64,000 nucleotides of DNA from Cercozoa sp. M6MM (Eukaryota > Protista > Endomyxa: Ascetosporea), in assembly GCA_040357565.1 (NCBI GenBank), contig JBDODJ010000042.1; one strand, written 5' to 3'. The notes below the pieces were generated by a model, which did no database searches, was not told the origin of the DNA, and saw nothing but the letters and a program-made list of their open reading frames with translations. Positions 52,497-64,000 of the stretch are shown in pieces. Made by a program: the position numbers and the translations under genes. The stretch's first letter is position 1. The number at the start of each line of letters is the position of its first letter.

Positions 52497-55218
52497 CTAA
52501 GTTACCAAATCGAAAATAGGAGCTGTTTCTTTCTCAAGCAACGACAGCAGCGCTGCACGACGAAAGTGCGAAACGGCACGTGGGGCAACTTCCTGAGGGA
52601 AATTATTCCTTGGTGACCACCAAACAAAAAAATGAAAAAATACGGGTCGCGCTTTGGCCGCACGCAGCAGCGCAAGCGAAAGAACGAAGGAAACTGCGCT
52701 TTGCTGGCGCAGTTGGAGGTGCGACGCGATCTGTGCAAAAAAGCTCGGCCGCTTTGAGCCACCCATTAAGTTGAGCTGTGATTACCAAGTGCTGCGCAAC
52801 GTCAATTCGCGTGAGTGCGTTGTCAAAGTCGCCTTCTGCAAAGAAGGAAAGTGTATTGTATGAATTGCAAACTTGAAAGAGTGTGTACCAACAGCGCTTT
52901 GCTCGTCAACAACGTGCGCAAGCGTGTAGTTTTCCAAACGAATGCGAAACGCACCGAATGACCTTGCCATCAAAGTCTGCAAAAAACCAGTTATTTGAAT
53001 GAAAAGCGACTCCGGTGTGTCCACTAACTTTTACCTCAGCGCACAAAAGAAACAGTCATCGGACTTATCCGCGCGGAAAACGGTGCTCAAATATCTGGCT
53101 TTTTGCACCAGAGGAACCTGCAACCGTCCAATTTAAACTGTAAGTAACTAAAGTAAGTAAGAAATTCAGTTCATGATCAGTTTACCAAAGAGTCTTGGTC
53201 GCTTGCATCTGTGACATCGGTGACGAAAGTTTCGAAATCCGCGTCACTGCACTTATTTTCATCTTCGGTGTCCTCGTAGACGAAATGAAGTGTTTTGAGC
53301 GCATTTTCGCTAACGCATTCGTTCATTTCGCCCTCAACTTCGTGCTCATGCAAAGCTTCCGAACCACTGTGCGGGGCAGCTTCCTGGCACAGTTCGATCA
53401 GAACTGTTGATTTGTGCGGTGGCATGAACGCCGCCAAGAGCAGTTCGTTTTCTGCAAGTAAAGGTTTCACCCTGCAATTTTCAGTTTAGCTTATAGACAA
53501 ACACACCAATGTTACAGACACGCTCCTGCCATTTCTCTCCTGCTTGTTGACAAGGTATCAGGTCAAAGCTCCAAGAAATGACAAAGAGATTTAGGGTAGA
53601 TTTATTTAAATGACACTCGGCAGCGACAGAGAGAGCAACGAAACGATCGGCGACAGGAGAATCGAATTCGGCGCTTTTCTCGACAATCTCGTGCCAACTG
53701 AATTTCAGTATTTTTGACTCTTTCTCCTCCGTTTGCATTTGCAAGCTTTCATCCACGCCTTCTTGTTCCTCCTCTTGGTCTTCAGAAGCACTAGCTTTGG
53801 CGTGTGGCATGTTCAGTTCCTTGTTTTCGAAATCTTGCGCTTGAAAAGGTCGCATTGGCGACACTTCAGTGTGCTGACTTGCAGTTGGGGGAGCCTAAGT
53901 CACAGAAAGTAATATGCGTATATTCATTGCTCTGTGTGAAGGCTCATGTCACTGATGGTTCCGAGAATGATGTGTAAGCAGAATAGATAGAAACGACATC
54001 GTCTTCGTGACTGCTGCGAAAACTGTCGTGGCTGACAGCACCGGTCGGAATGCTCTGTGAGCTCGCATTGACGAAGCTTTGCAGTTGGAAGATGTGCCGC
54101 ATGAACTTGGCAATCTTTAGGCGCAGTTTAATTCCTGTATGGCCAACACAGAAGAGTTTAAAATGAAGTACTCTGGCCGTGTCATTCGGGTCTGTCAAAG
54201 GGAACTGGTCGGGTGTGTAAGCTGAAAAACTCGCAGTCAGGTACAGGTAGTGAGTCGCACTGGGACAAAAATCGTTGTACTTGCGAGCCAAGTTTGCCTT
54301 GCCGCGGCGTTCCCGTGTCGAAGCGCACCTTCCACGATACTGCGCAAATAGCGAAACTTAATATTTCCCCAATACAGAGAGACCAAAATTACGTTGCGTT
54401 GATGTTCTGCAGTGCGACCTGCGCCTCTTGCTTCGTACTGTTTGATTTGGTTGCAACTATGTTGTAGCACTCGTGGCCTATCTGAAGTTCAAAGCCGATG
54501 TCAAAAGGATGGAGCAGTGGGATGCGACGAGTTAAAGTAAAGCGTACCTGTCGGTGCAGTTGAGCGCATCGCTGGCAGCAGAAGAGCAGAAGCGATCGAT
54601 TTATCCATGTCGGTGTGCCGCACCTGTAGTTTCATCTTGAACATTGAAGTTAATTTTTCTCCAATGCAACCACGTACCGTCCACAGTCAAAGCAGTATGC
54701 GTTTGCGGGTTTCATAGCTACGCGAAGCAGACGTCGTTGCCACTAGGAAAAGGCACAACATATCTTTTTGAATCGAATTCTGAGAGTTGCTGTACTTTGT
54801 GTAACTTTTTGGGATCAAGCTGGACCTTTGGCAACCGCCAAAGAGGCGCCACTTGCTCGCGCGTCGGTGGCACAAACGTAGACATCCCGCTGACGCAAGT
54901 TTGAGCTCCGCTATTGTCATTCCCGGTCACAGTCGAGCACTTTTTGGGGGTTTTTATAGCCGGCCAGAGTACGAAAGTCCGAAAGCACTCGACCGATGTG
55001 TTTTTGACAAGCAATGCCGCAACAAAACCGAAACGGCGTGTCGTGATTTTTGGTGCTGCATGAGTTTTAGCGAGGTGTCTGCTCTTTTTGTGCCTCACAT
55101 CTGTTTGTTGGCAGTCAGTGGCGAACACCGGAAGGATCAGTGGCAAAATGCACGTGCTTGTTTCCAGTGTCTGTGCTCTCGGTGCGGTGGCAACGTCAAC
55201 TGAGGTACGACTGTTCAT
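52497..55218 (-). CDS. Hypothetical multi-exon protein
   Basis: Chain of minus-strand ORFs separated by short GT..AG introns, with acidic low-complexity middle; no family recognised. Confidence 0.5.
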
Positions 55219-55293
55219 CCTCTAAATGTTCAACAGACTCAAATTCCCAGTTGTTCCAACTCAGGACGCGTCTAATCTGCCACTGTGGCAGAA

Positions 55294-56311
55294 ATGGACA
55301 CTGAAGTGGCGCGTGCCGATGACAACTCCTCCCGTACCTCCAATCTCGCTCTCGAGTACTACGATGCCGCGACATACGGCAGCTACTTTCACAAAGCGAC
55401 CAAGTTGGCTTCCAGATTTCGAACCAACTTTACCTTGCACCCGTACCGTAGACCGGGTACCCTCAGATTTACTGACCACTGACTGTAGGCATGGTAGTAC
55501 TTTTATCGTAACTTGTGTTTTGAGCCAGGACACTGACACGGAGGCTTCAAGTTGCACTTGCGTGCTGCCAGAAACATCACAAAAGCTGACAGAGTGGACG
55601 GAGGAGCAAATGATGTTTTTTATGTCGCAGTGTCCCTGCCGTGTATTTGAGCGACTCTTGGTGCTTTTGACTTTAGTTTTTCAGTTTCGATATTTTAATG
55701 CGATGAGTTCCGACACAGGTCAAATTTATTTTTCGTTTCGCTATTAGAGACTCAACGACGTGGATTCGGTCGAATTTGAGTCGGATGAGTCAAACGCAGT
55801 GCCCGACGACTCTGCAGAGGTGGCAGACAAGGCAACTGATACTGCAGACTTAAACCAATTGGATGCCGAGCGTATTGAGAGTTTTGGTGTCGTGCCTTTG
55901 CATTTGGTCCACAAGATCGGCGCTACTCTCGAACCGGACAAGAGTGACGGTACACACGGTAGTCGCGCCAGCAGCAAGGATGATCTCGACTCGCAGTGTC
56001 ATCTCCTCGACTCTCCTCGGGCTCATTCCCTCAGCGAAGACTCCGACGATCAGCTTCCGGGGTCACCAACCGCCAGTGCAGAAAAGCAAAACCGCCAGGT
56101 CAACTGTTCACCATCTCAAGCTGAAGTCGAAGCCCAAGCTGTAATTTCGGCCACAGAGACAGCCAATGAGTCAGACGAAATTGTCGAACGCGACGAAAAC
56201 GATAAAAACACTACCACTGACAGCGCCAACCGTCGAAACGGAGTTACACAGATTGATCCGTCGCCTTGTCTGTCAGTTGCCGCGACGGTGTTTGCTTTCC
56301 TCTTATGCTAA
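55294..56311 (+). CDS. Hypothetical acidic protein
   Basis: Exons MDTEVARADD.., KLTEWTEEQMMFF.. and a 183-codon Asp/Ser/Glu-rich last exon. Confidence 0.5.
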
Positions 56312-56359
56312 ACATCGACTTCAGTTGGAACTGAACTGACGGAACTGGTGTGCAGCGAT

Positions 56360-57246
56360 TTAGTGGTATCGTGATTTGGTTCGTTTCTGGACCTTGTGCG
56401 TCTCCCTGTAGACTTTAGTGATAATCTGTTCAATATTCGAGTCTTCGAGCTCTAAACCGACAACTTCCTTTTCTTTGAACACACCCTGTTGCAGCGCCAA
56501 TAGAATCATGAGATTCTGGACACGGGGCACTATCGCTGTGATGGAGGAGAGATTACCGGAATCCTGAGCGTGCTCACCATGTGATGCATGCGGCCGGCAG
56601 CTTTGCAAAGTGTTTCAATTTTCTGTTTACGCTCCAGGTCGAGTTGCTCTTGCGAGTATGCTTTCAATTGCTCTCTTAGTCTGTGCGTGCTTTCTCCAAT
56701 TTCATTGAGATAACTCCGTCTCGACGAGAGGTTCCTGTCCGTTGTTATCGATATCTCTTCAAAAAGGGTCGAATAAAGCAACAGTACGTTGAACGTCTTG
56801 ACGTCAGTCCTCTCCAGTGCTTTTGTAGAAGTACAGCGGATCCTGCGATTGGCAGTTGCAGACATGATGTTCAGTTTTGTAACAATTAAAAATCAGCGAG
56901 TACGTTGAAATCGATTCTCGGCTTCTTCCAGTTCTTTCAGTCGCCGCTGTACAAGAGCTCTCCTTCTCCCTCGAAAGCCACGGAAGTGTGCCTGTATTTT
57001 CGTTGCTTCGGCGTTCATGTAGTGCAGCTGTTTGCGCGCCAAATATCCACGAGCTCTTCGCTGAAGCACAATTGCCGCAGCATTTTCTTCCTCGACGTGC
57101 TCTTTCGCTTCTTGCAGCGCAATCGCGATGTCATCCTCCAGCGAGTCCGTTTTCAGTCGTTCCTTCACGAGGTCAAAAACGCACTGCGCAGCATGTTGGT
57201 TGGATTTTGCGCTAGCACGCTTAGAGCTTTTCGTGGCTGCCGGCAT
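56360..57246 (-). CDS. SPATA17-like IQ-motif ciliary protein
   Basis: Tandem IQ motifs AAIVLQRRARGYLARK and ATKIQAHFRGFRGRR, then RRSYLNEIGE and AGRMHHMVSTLRIP. Confidence 0.7.
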
Positions 57247-57575
57247 ATCTGTGAAGAACAAAGAGGAACAGATCTATCGTTCTGTTTTCTCGCTAAAGCG
57301 TCTCAAAGTGCTTACGATGTTCCTGAAATTATCGTTTCTCGCACATCAAACCGCAAGAAACGATCGTTTCAGTTCAGTCCAAGATGCTTCATGTAGACAC
57401 TTGGAGAACGGTCTTACGGCCGCTCAACTATTATTACCAGCAGGCGGACCAACTGAGACGATGGAAGGAGACTCGGGTCGAACATGGCCTTCCTCTATGC
57501 TGTCGCCGGTAGCTCAAATTTTCACATTGTGATAAAGTGTGTTACAACAAAGTCGCTCGTTGCTTGGAGCAGGGC

Positions 57576-60500
57576 ATGCCTGAGGAGGACTTTAGCGACT
57601 CCGAGGGAGAGGTGCTGACCCCAATGCATTCAGCGTACATCAAGCCGAGTTATTCCGAGTCTCTCTCGGCAGAGTCCTTGTAAGACTACTGCAGTTCCTT
57701 GGCTAATAGTATTTATGACAGAACTGAATGCCAGAACTGCCTCCGTCTCGGTGATGCCAAACATCAAAGTGGACTCTCGGCCAGTCAGTCCAGAGCCGGC
57801 CTTGCCCAAGGCGGGAGAGTACGAGCACACCTCGTTCGCACAGCGTCTGCTATCAACGATGCAAGGAGGAGGCATTCACAGCCAAAGCGCTAACAACTCT
57901 CGCAGTTCGAGCCGCAAGCACTCGAAAAAGAAGAAGAAAAAGTCGAAACGTCGCCAACTGAAGGATTTGGACAGTTTTCGCACAGATTTCGCTGCTGTGA
58001 TGCCAGACGCGTCCATCGACAGACTCTTGCACGAGAACTCGGAGCAGTATGCCAGCGCAGCTGCTTTAATGGCGACACGTCGCCAGCGTAGCGCGCAGAC
58101 GCTAAAGGAGCTGGTTGCGGTGCTCAGTTTGTTTGTTTTTGATATCATCTGACTGGAACGTAAATTTATTTGACAGATCCTCCGTATCGCGAACAGCAAC
58201 GATGCAGCGCTGCGTGTTGAGCGACTGATAGATGCAGCAGAAGACTCAAAGTCGGATATCTCGGCTCAGATCGCACTGTGGCGCTCGCTGGCCGAGATGT
58301 CGAGTGTACCGCCCGAGATTCGCGATTTCGTGAGCAACCCGGAGGCAGCAGATACGGTTGATGAGTTTGAGCGACAACTGCAACAACATCGTCGCATTGA
58401 TGTCGCTGATCTCGATATGAGTGGTTCTGACGGTGCGGTTGCGCTGACACTGGCGACTCAACTCGCGCACGGACAGGTGGCAGCAGTGTGGATGCAAGTG
58501 CTCACGCAACCGCTAGCGGAACTGCACGATGCTGTCCTCGACAGTGTGCGCTTGTCGCTGGCCTTGTCTCTAGCACGCGGCGTCAGCGCGAGTGGCGAAG
58601 CTGATGCTTTGGGACGCGCAGCGCTTGCAGTGTCGCGCTTTGTGGCAGCATTGCAGGGGATCGACATCGACGATGACACGCGAAGCGAGATGCGTCGCAT
58701 TTCGACGCGAGTGAACAAACTCGTCAAGCAATGCGAAGAAGTAAAGTTCCACGATCAAAAACAAGCCATCGCAATGATCGAGGATGTAGATTTGCCTCGA
58801 AGCAAGAAGTCAAGCAACAACAACACTGTGGCTGTGAGTCATGCTTTGCGAGTGCGTGCGCAGCTGGTGGAGCAACTCATCGATGGTGTTGCTCGGATGC
58901 GCGACATTGACACGCGAAGCATCGACTTGAGCAACGCAGCGAAGCTCTTTTCGCTACGACGCGAATTCTTCGATGGCGAGAAGCACCAACGACTCGAGAT
59001 GGTGCGACAAATGGAGAAACTCGCTGTCGAGCGACGCGACTGTGAATCGCAGCTCAACGAACTCTTCGAAGCACTCGCGAACGCGCCGAAACTGACGAAA
59101 ACTGACGGCACGAGCAAAAGCACGTCACAACTCATCGCTCTGAACGACGAACTTCGCGAGTGCGTGTTCAAAGCTACGGCGTCTTTCTGCTCCGATGCCA
59201 ATCGCCGTTTCACCAAGATGATGCAGTCGCACGAACAAGGCCTCGGTGGTGTCTTTCTCGCGGACGAAGCTCGCGTAAAATTACCACAGCTCCAACTGAA
59301 AAGCTATCTTTCAACTCACGTCATGATTTCTCACAGCAAGGACAACTCGCACTCGTTTCGGTCCCTCAATTAGACAGCATCGCGACTGCCAACGAGCGCG
59401 TCGCGATTCGTCTGGGCGAAGAGCGAGCTGATTTGCGAAAGTGAGTTGCTGCATTTGGTGTTTCATAAAATTGATTTCGCCTTTGTTGCTTTCAGATACG
59501 CCGAACACGCGCAAAAAGCGAGCGCACGCGAGGAGCAACTCCAGAAGCGAATCGCCGAGATGCAACTCGAAGCCGCGCAAGGCGAACTCGAGCATCACGA
59601 AGCTTTGCACGAGCGCGAGAAGGAGCTTCGCGAGCGCGAGGAAGAACTGGAGCAAAAGAGCACGCAACTCGCCGAAATCGAAACAGACTCGCGACAGCTC
59701 GTGCGCCAAATCGAACAGGAGCGAGACGAACTGGAACAAGAGCGAGACGAACTGAGACACGAACGTGAGCGACTTCGACTCGACGAAGCGCGACTGCGCG
59801 ACGACATTGAAAAGCTCAAAGAGGACTTGAAGCACCTCGACAAGGACCGTGCCGCGATGAAAGCAGACCAAACAGAATTGACCGAAGCGAAAGCCGAAAT
59901 CACCGAAGCGAAAGCTGCGCTCGCACGCGATCAGTCAACTTTGGACCACGAAAAAGCCGAGCTCGAGCGCCAGAGAGCGAGCATGGCCGAGCACGAGGCG
60001 AAGCGACCAGTGCCGTCGGTCTCAGCAGTTGCTCCAATTCCGGCATCGCTTGAAAACGAGCGACGCCAGTTGCAAAAGGAGATCGCACAACTCCAAAGCG
60101 ACAAAGCACAGCTCCAAAACGACAAGGCGCAGTTTCACCGAGAGAAAGCGCAGTTCGAAGACACCAAGTCGCGGTTCGATCAGCAGCAAGCTGCACTTCA
60201 ACAACAGCAAGCTGCTTTGCAGCGAGATCGAGCGCAATTCGAGCGCGATCGAACTTCCCTGCGTCAGAATGAAGCTGCACTTGAACAAAAGCGGCGCGAA
60301 CAAGAGCGAGCACTGCTACAACGCGAAGATGCGTTGTTGCGACAGCAGGAGGAAACTTTGAAACGCGAACGCTCGCACGAACCGCGCGCTCGAACGAGTC
60401 GCGACGAAGCACTCGCCGAAGCGCAGCGACAGCTTCGCGAACAGTTCGAACGTGTTCGGCAACTTCAGTCGCAATTGTCGGAGCAGCAGGTACCTTTTCC

Positions 60501-61801
60501 TTTGCAAAAGCGGAACAAAGTAACTTTAAAGGTCGTTTCAGAACACGGTCGAAACGTATCGCAACGAAATTCGCGAGTTGCGCGACCGAGAGTCGAAAGT
60601 CGGCTTGGAACGTGACATTTCGGCGCAACGGAAGCTCGAAGAACAACAAACGCGCCTCCACGATCAACAGCGACGACTGCAAGCACTTGAAAGCGAACTC
60701 AAAAAAGGTGAAAGAACTTGGCACATGTCGAAATTGAATCCATCACTTTCGATGATTATACAGAGCGACAGCTTCGCCAGGAAGAACAAGAGGCAGCCCG
60801 AGCTGCGCTCGAAAACGAGCGAAATCGATTGGCCGATTCCGATGGCACAGCCAAAAACCTCAAGGAGCAAATCACAACCACGGAAGAGTCGCGTCTGTTG
60901 GCCGAACGAAAGATTCAGGAGCTGCAGCAAGAGGCCAAAAAGCGACGCAACCTCGAAGCTGCCCTCATGCGCAAAAACGAGGAACTGCGCGCTGCCAAAG
61001 CTTCGCAGCGAGAACGAGCGCGCAAACAGTCCGCGCTGGAGAAGCGACTTCAAGACGCACTGGAGCAACTCGCCGTGTTGCGTGAGATTCAGTCTGAGGG
61101 CACTCGCAGGTACTACACCTTTAGTTCAGTTTTCAGTCCCAACTTAAGATACAACACAGAGAGCAAGCCCTGGCGCAGCCGCCGGCCAAGGAAACAACGA
61201 CTGTGACGAAGCGTGTAGAAACTCGAACCACGAGAGAAGAGAACCAAGAGATGAGAGGCGGTTTGAACCTCCCAACCCAAGGTTCAAGTCCCCGTTTTGA
61301 GCTTTCACTCGAAAGCATCGAAGAAGAGAACGCAACTGAAGCCTTGGATGACGAAACTGAATATGACTATTTTAGCGTCACGAGCGGTAGCACTCGAAGC
61401 GAACCAGAGTTACTTTCGCGATCCGAGTCGCAGCAGCTTCAAGTCAGTGCAACACAGCCAACGGAAGGTGTGCAGCCGGAAACGGCACCGGCGGAGATGA
61501 GTTTCTCGTTGCAACGAGCAGATGCACTAAGCGCCCGAATATTTGTCGCGAGAGACGGACACCGAGCGGTACCTGACCATTGGATTACCGTTGTAAAATA
61601 TACTGTGTAGTTATAACGATGGGTATGGCTTGACAGGGACCCTTCACGTTCACGCAGTTGCTGACAAAGTTGCAGTCGAGGGAGTTTCGCACGTCGGATC
61701 TCATCTGGTACAAGGCGCTGGGAGAGTGGTGTCGAATCTCTTCCGTCCTCTGCGTGAGCACTCCTAGCATGAGTCAAAGCAGTCGCAGCGGTGGTCGTTA
61801 A
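57576..61801 (+). CDS. Large coiled-coil protein with C-terminal GYF_2 (DUF4339)-like domain
   Basis: Long E/Q/R/K heptad exons 59497-61110; after intron 61569-61636, IFVARDGHRAGPFTFTQLLTKLQSREFRTSDLIWYKALGEWCRISSV. Confidence 0.78.
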
Positions 61802-61827
61802 CTGAGGGGACTGCAGAACGTTCAATT

Positions 61828-64000
61828 TTAGATAACTGTTATGCTATATTTGTTGGCGAGGTAATAGGCGCGTTCAAGGAGTTTGTCCACTGAGATGCGC
61901 AGCAGTCGTGGCGACGAGACGAAGAAGTCAACCTCGGCTGAAGAAGAACAGAGCTGCAGCAGGCGTCGCGCTTGAAGCAGAGCTGCGATCGACACGTGCG
62001 ACAAGAATTCGGGTTGATTCAATGCATACTCGCAGAACAACGTATCGCATAGGCGTAGAAACTCCTCCTTCGTGGTGATTCGAGCACACAGTGTAGATTG
62101 GAGCTGAGAGAGCACGCGATCAGCACCGCCACAATATTTGAAATGTTCAAACAGCTTTTCGTCTTCGCATTTCAGCGCCTGCAGCGCTTGCTCGAGCACA
62201 GCTTCGTTCGAAACTGACTGTACCTTGTCAAGCACAAAAGCAGTCACTTCGCTCGCCGTGATGATGTCCAGGGTGTTGTTATTGCTGCACAACTTTCAGT
62301 ACATTCAGTTCTTCATTCCGCTTGCTTGCGAGAGTAAGGGAAGCGAACCAAACGTAAAATTTACCAATTGGATGGAACATACCTCGCGAAAGCGTTTGCG
62401 ACGAAGGCGATTGTCTTTAAGGCATGCGTTGACTCTGCTTTCAGTTTGCACTGCGATCGCAATTTCAAGACAATCATATGTGTGGCTTCATGGATTCGAC
62501 GCGCTTGGGAGAACGGACGCGTCTTGCGTTGCCGTCGTGTTTGCGCCTCAAGTTTCCTCCAACCACGAGTGTCACGCGGCAAATTGAGCAGACTGCGCCA
62601 AACCGCAAAGCGAACTTCGTTCGGAACAGTGTTTCCATTTCGCAGAAACTGATGCAGTTCTTTCGCGTTGAGTCGCAGGTCTGCAGTGTCTTTGCGTCTT
62701 CTTCTTCTTCTTCTTGCAGAATCCGCGATGTCTGTGCCGAGACTTGCCCGCGTTTTGATCGAGTCCTGTTCTTTGATGAAGGCGAGGTCATCATGTTCCT
62801 TCTTTGAGAAGCACAAAGCTCGCTCAGTCCATGAACTCAAAACCGACTCGGAGTTGCACTTGGATACACTGAATGCCAGCGTTGAGTCGACGGGAAGCCT
62901 CTTCCTTCGAAGCACGTGATGGTTGGAGGGTATGTCTTTGGGTCTAACTTCTTCCAGTCGTGAGATGCGTCCGATAGAAACAGCGCCTTGTTTGAGAAGA
63001 GCAAAGTACTTGTCGTTAACAGAGAAACCACCAGGCTGCGATTCTTCTCCTTTCGCTTCGTCGTCGAGGTGAAAGATTCTTGTGTTTTGCGCTCTTTTTC
63101 TTTTGTCAGAAATTGTCGCGAGTGGAAACATAACAAAACCACGAGTTTGTCGCACAATAACGTTGTTGCGATGCGTACTGAGCCCGAGTACTGAACCCAA
63201 CTTGCGGCAAAGTCGAACTCTGATAATCTTCTTTGCAAAAACACTTGGTTCGATGAAGATTGCATTTCCGTTGTTCGACCAACTGACGCAAGCTCGACCG
63301 TTGAGTAACACGTGGTTGACTTCCTTCGCTTGCTCAGGCAGCTGCTTGCTGTCCATCAAGACGTGCTCAACAAGGGGTTTGCTTTCTGGAAGTTCGATAT
63401 GCCATAGTTGAGTCTTTTTCGAAGTGCGAACAAGCAGCCGGCAGTGCTTTCCTTCTGTGCTGATGCAAGCACTCAACACTTGCGAGTCAGAGTGAAAGCT
63501 CGTTATAAAGCACATGGTCCTTGCGTTCCAAACCTGGCTTGTACAGCAAATTAAGTACTGCGCTGCTACAACCAGCCTGTGGGTAAATGAGCCAATTTTA
63601 CACACACACGGTCGTCAACGAGACTGAAGAACAAATCCACTGCTTTGCCCAGCTGCAAGATGGGCTTTGCTCCACTCTTTATCACCGGGCATTGTGCAAC
63701 TGCCTTCCACAAGACGACGGTGTGGGATGCACGACGTTGCAACTGCAGAATTTGCCCGTCTCTTGTTCCGACGAGAACACTGCCAGAAGCTGACATTTTG
63801 AGCTCGGACACAAGAAGGTTAGCAGTTATTTTGAGTTAAGTGTTAGTGGACTATACCAGCAGTCTTCTTCGCTCACAAGATGCGCTGACAACGGACTGCC
63901 AAGCTGGCACACAGTTTGCACGCATGCAAGTTTCTCTTTGAGCGACACAAATAAAACGGTGCCCCTTCGAGTGCTGACAAAGAGTGAGTCGCGATCAACG
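61828..64000 (-). CDS. TBC1D31/WDR67-like WD40 plus TBC-domain protein, 5' end beyond the window
   Basis: WD40-like strands, then LHQFLRNGNTVPNEVRFAVWRSLLNLP and EDEKLFEHF..KEEFLRLCDTLF. Confidence 0.68.

Overview
Compact, very intron-rich eukaryotic (protist-like) genomic DNA. Introns are mostly GT-AG and about 35-110 nt, so the supplied ORF track shows only exon fragments; gene models below were stitched by hand and their ends are approximate. The taxon cannot be fixed from this window. About 25 genes are present, many in head-to-head pairs: RNA polymerase III largest subunit (partial), an RS-rich protein, a disrupted membrane-anchored USP-like protease, a highly divergent Argonaute/Piwi, syntaxin-16, a globin-RGS fusion, CEP164-like, eL20/RPL18a, an STI1-repeat protein, TMCO4/DUF726, prefoldin 6, a candidate eIF4E/DDX6-binding protein, NDUFA6, EIPR1, NOPCHAP1-like, an NKCC/NCC-type SLC12 transporter, SPATA17-like, a coiled-coil GYF_2 protein, TBC1D31-like (partial) and several hypothetical genes. 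The best candidates for new biology are (1) a globin with intact heme-pocket residues fused to an RGS-homology domain, a possible O2/NO sensor linked to G-protein signalling, and (2) a predicted slicer-dead Argonaute with a remodelled guide 5'-end pocket and a C-terminal extension. Also notable are strand-polarised TTTAC(C)n and TTGAC repeat arrays inside introns and a structured first intron in RPL18a. No rRNA, tRNA or CRISPR array was found.
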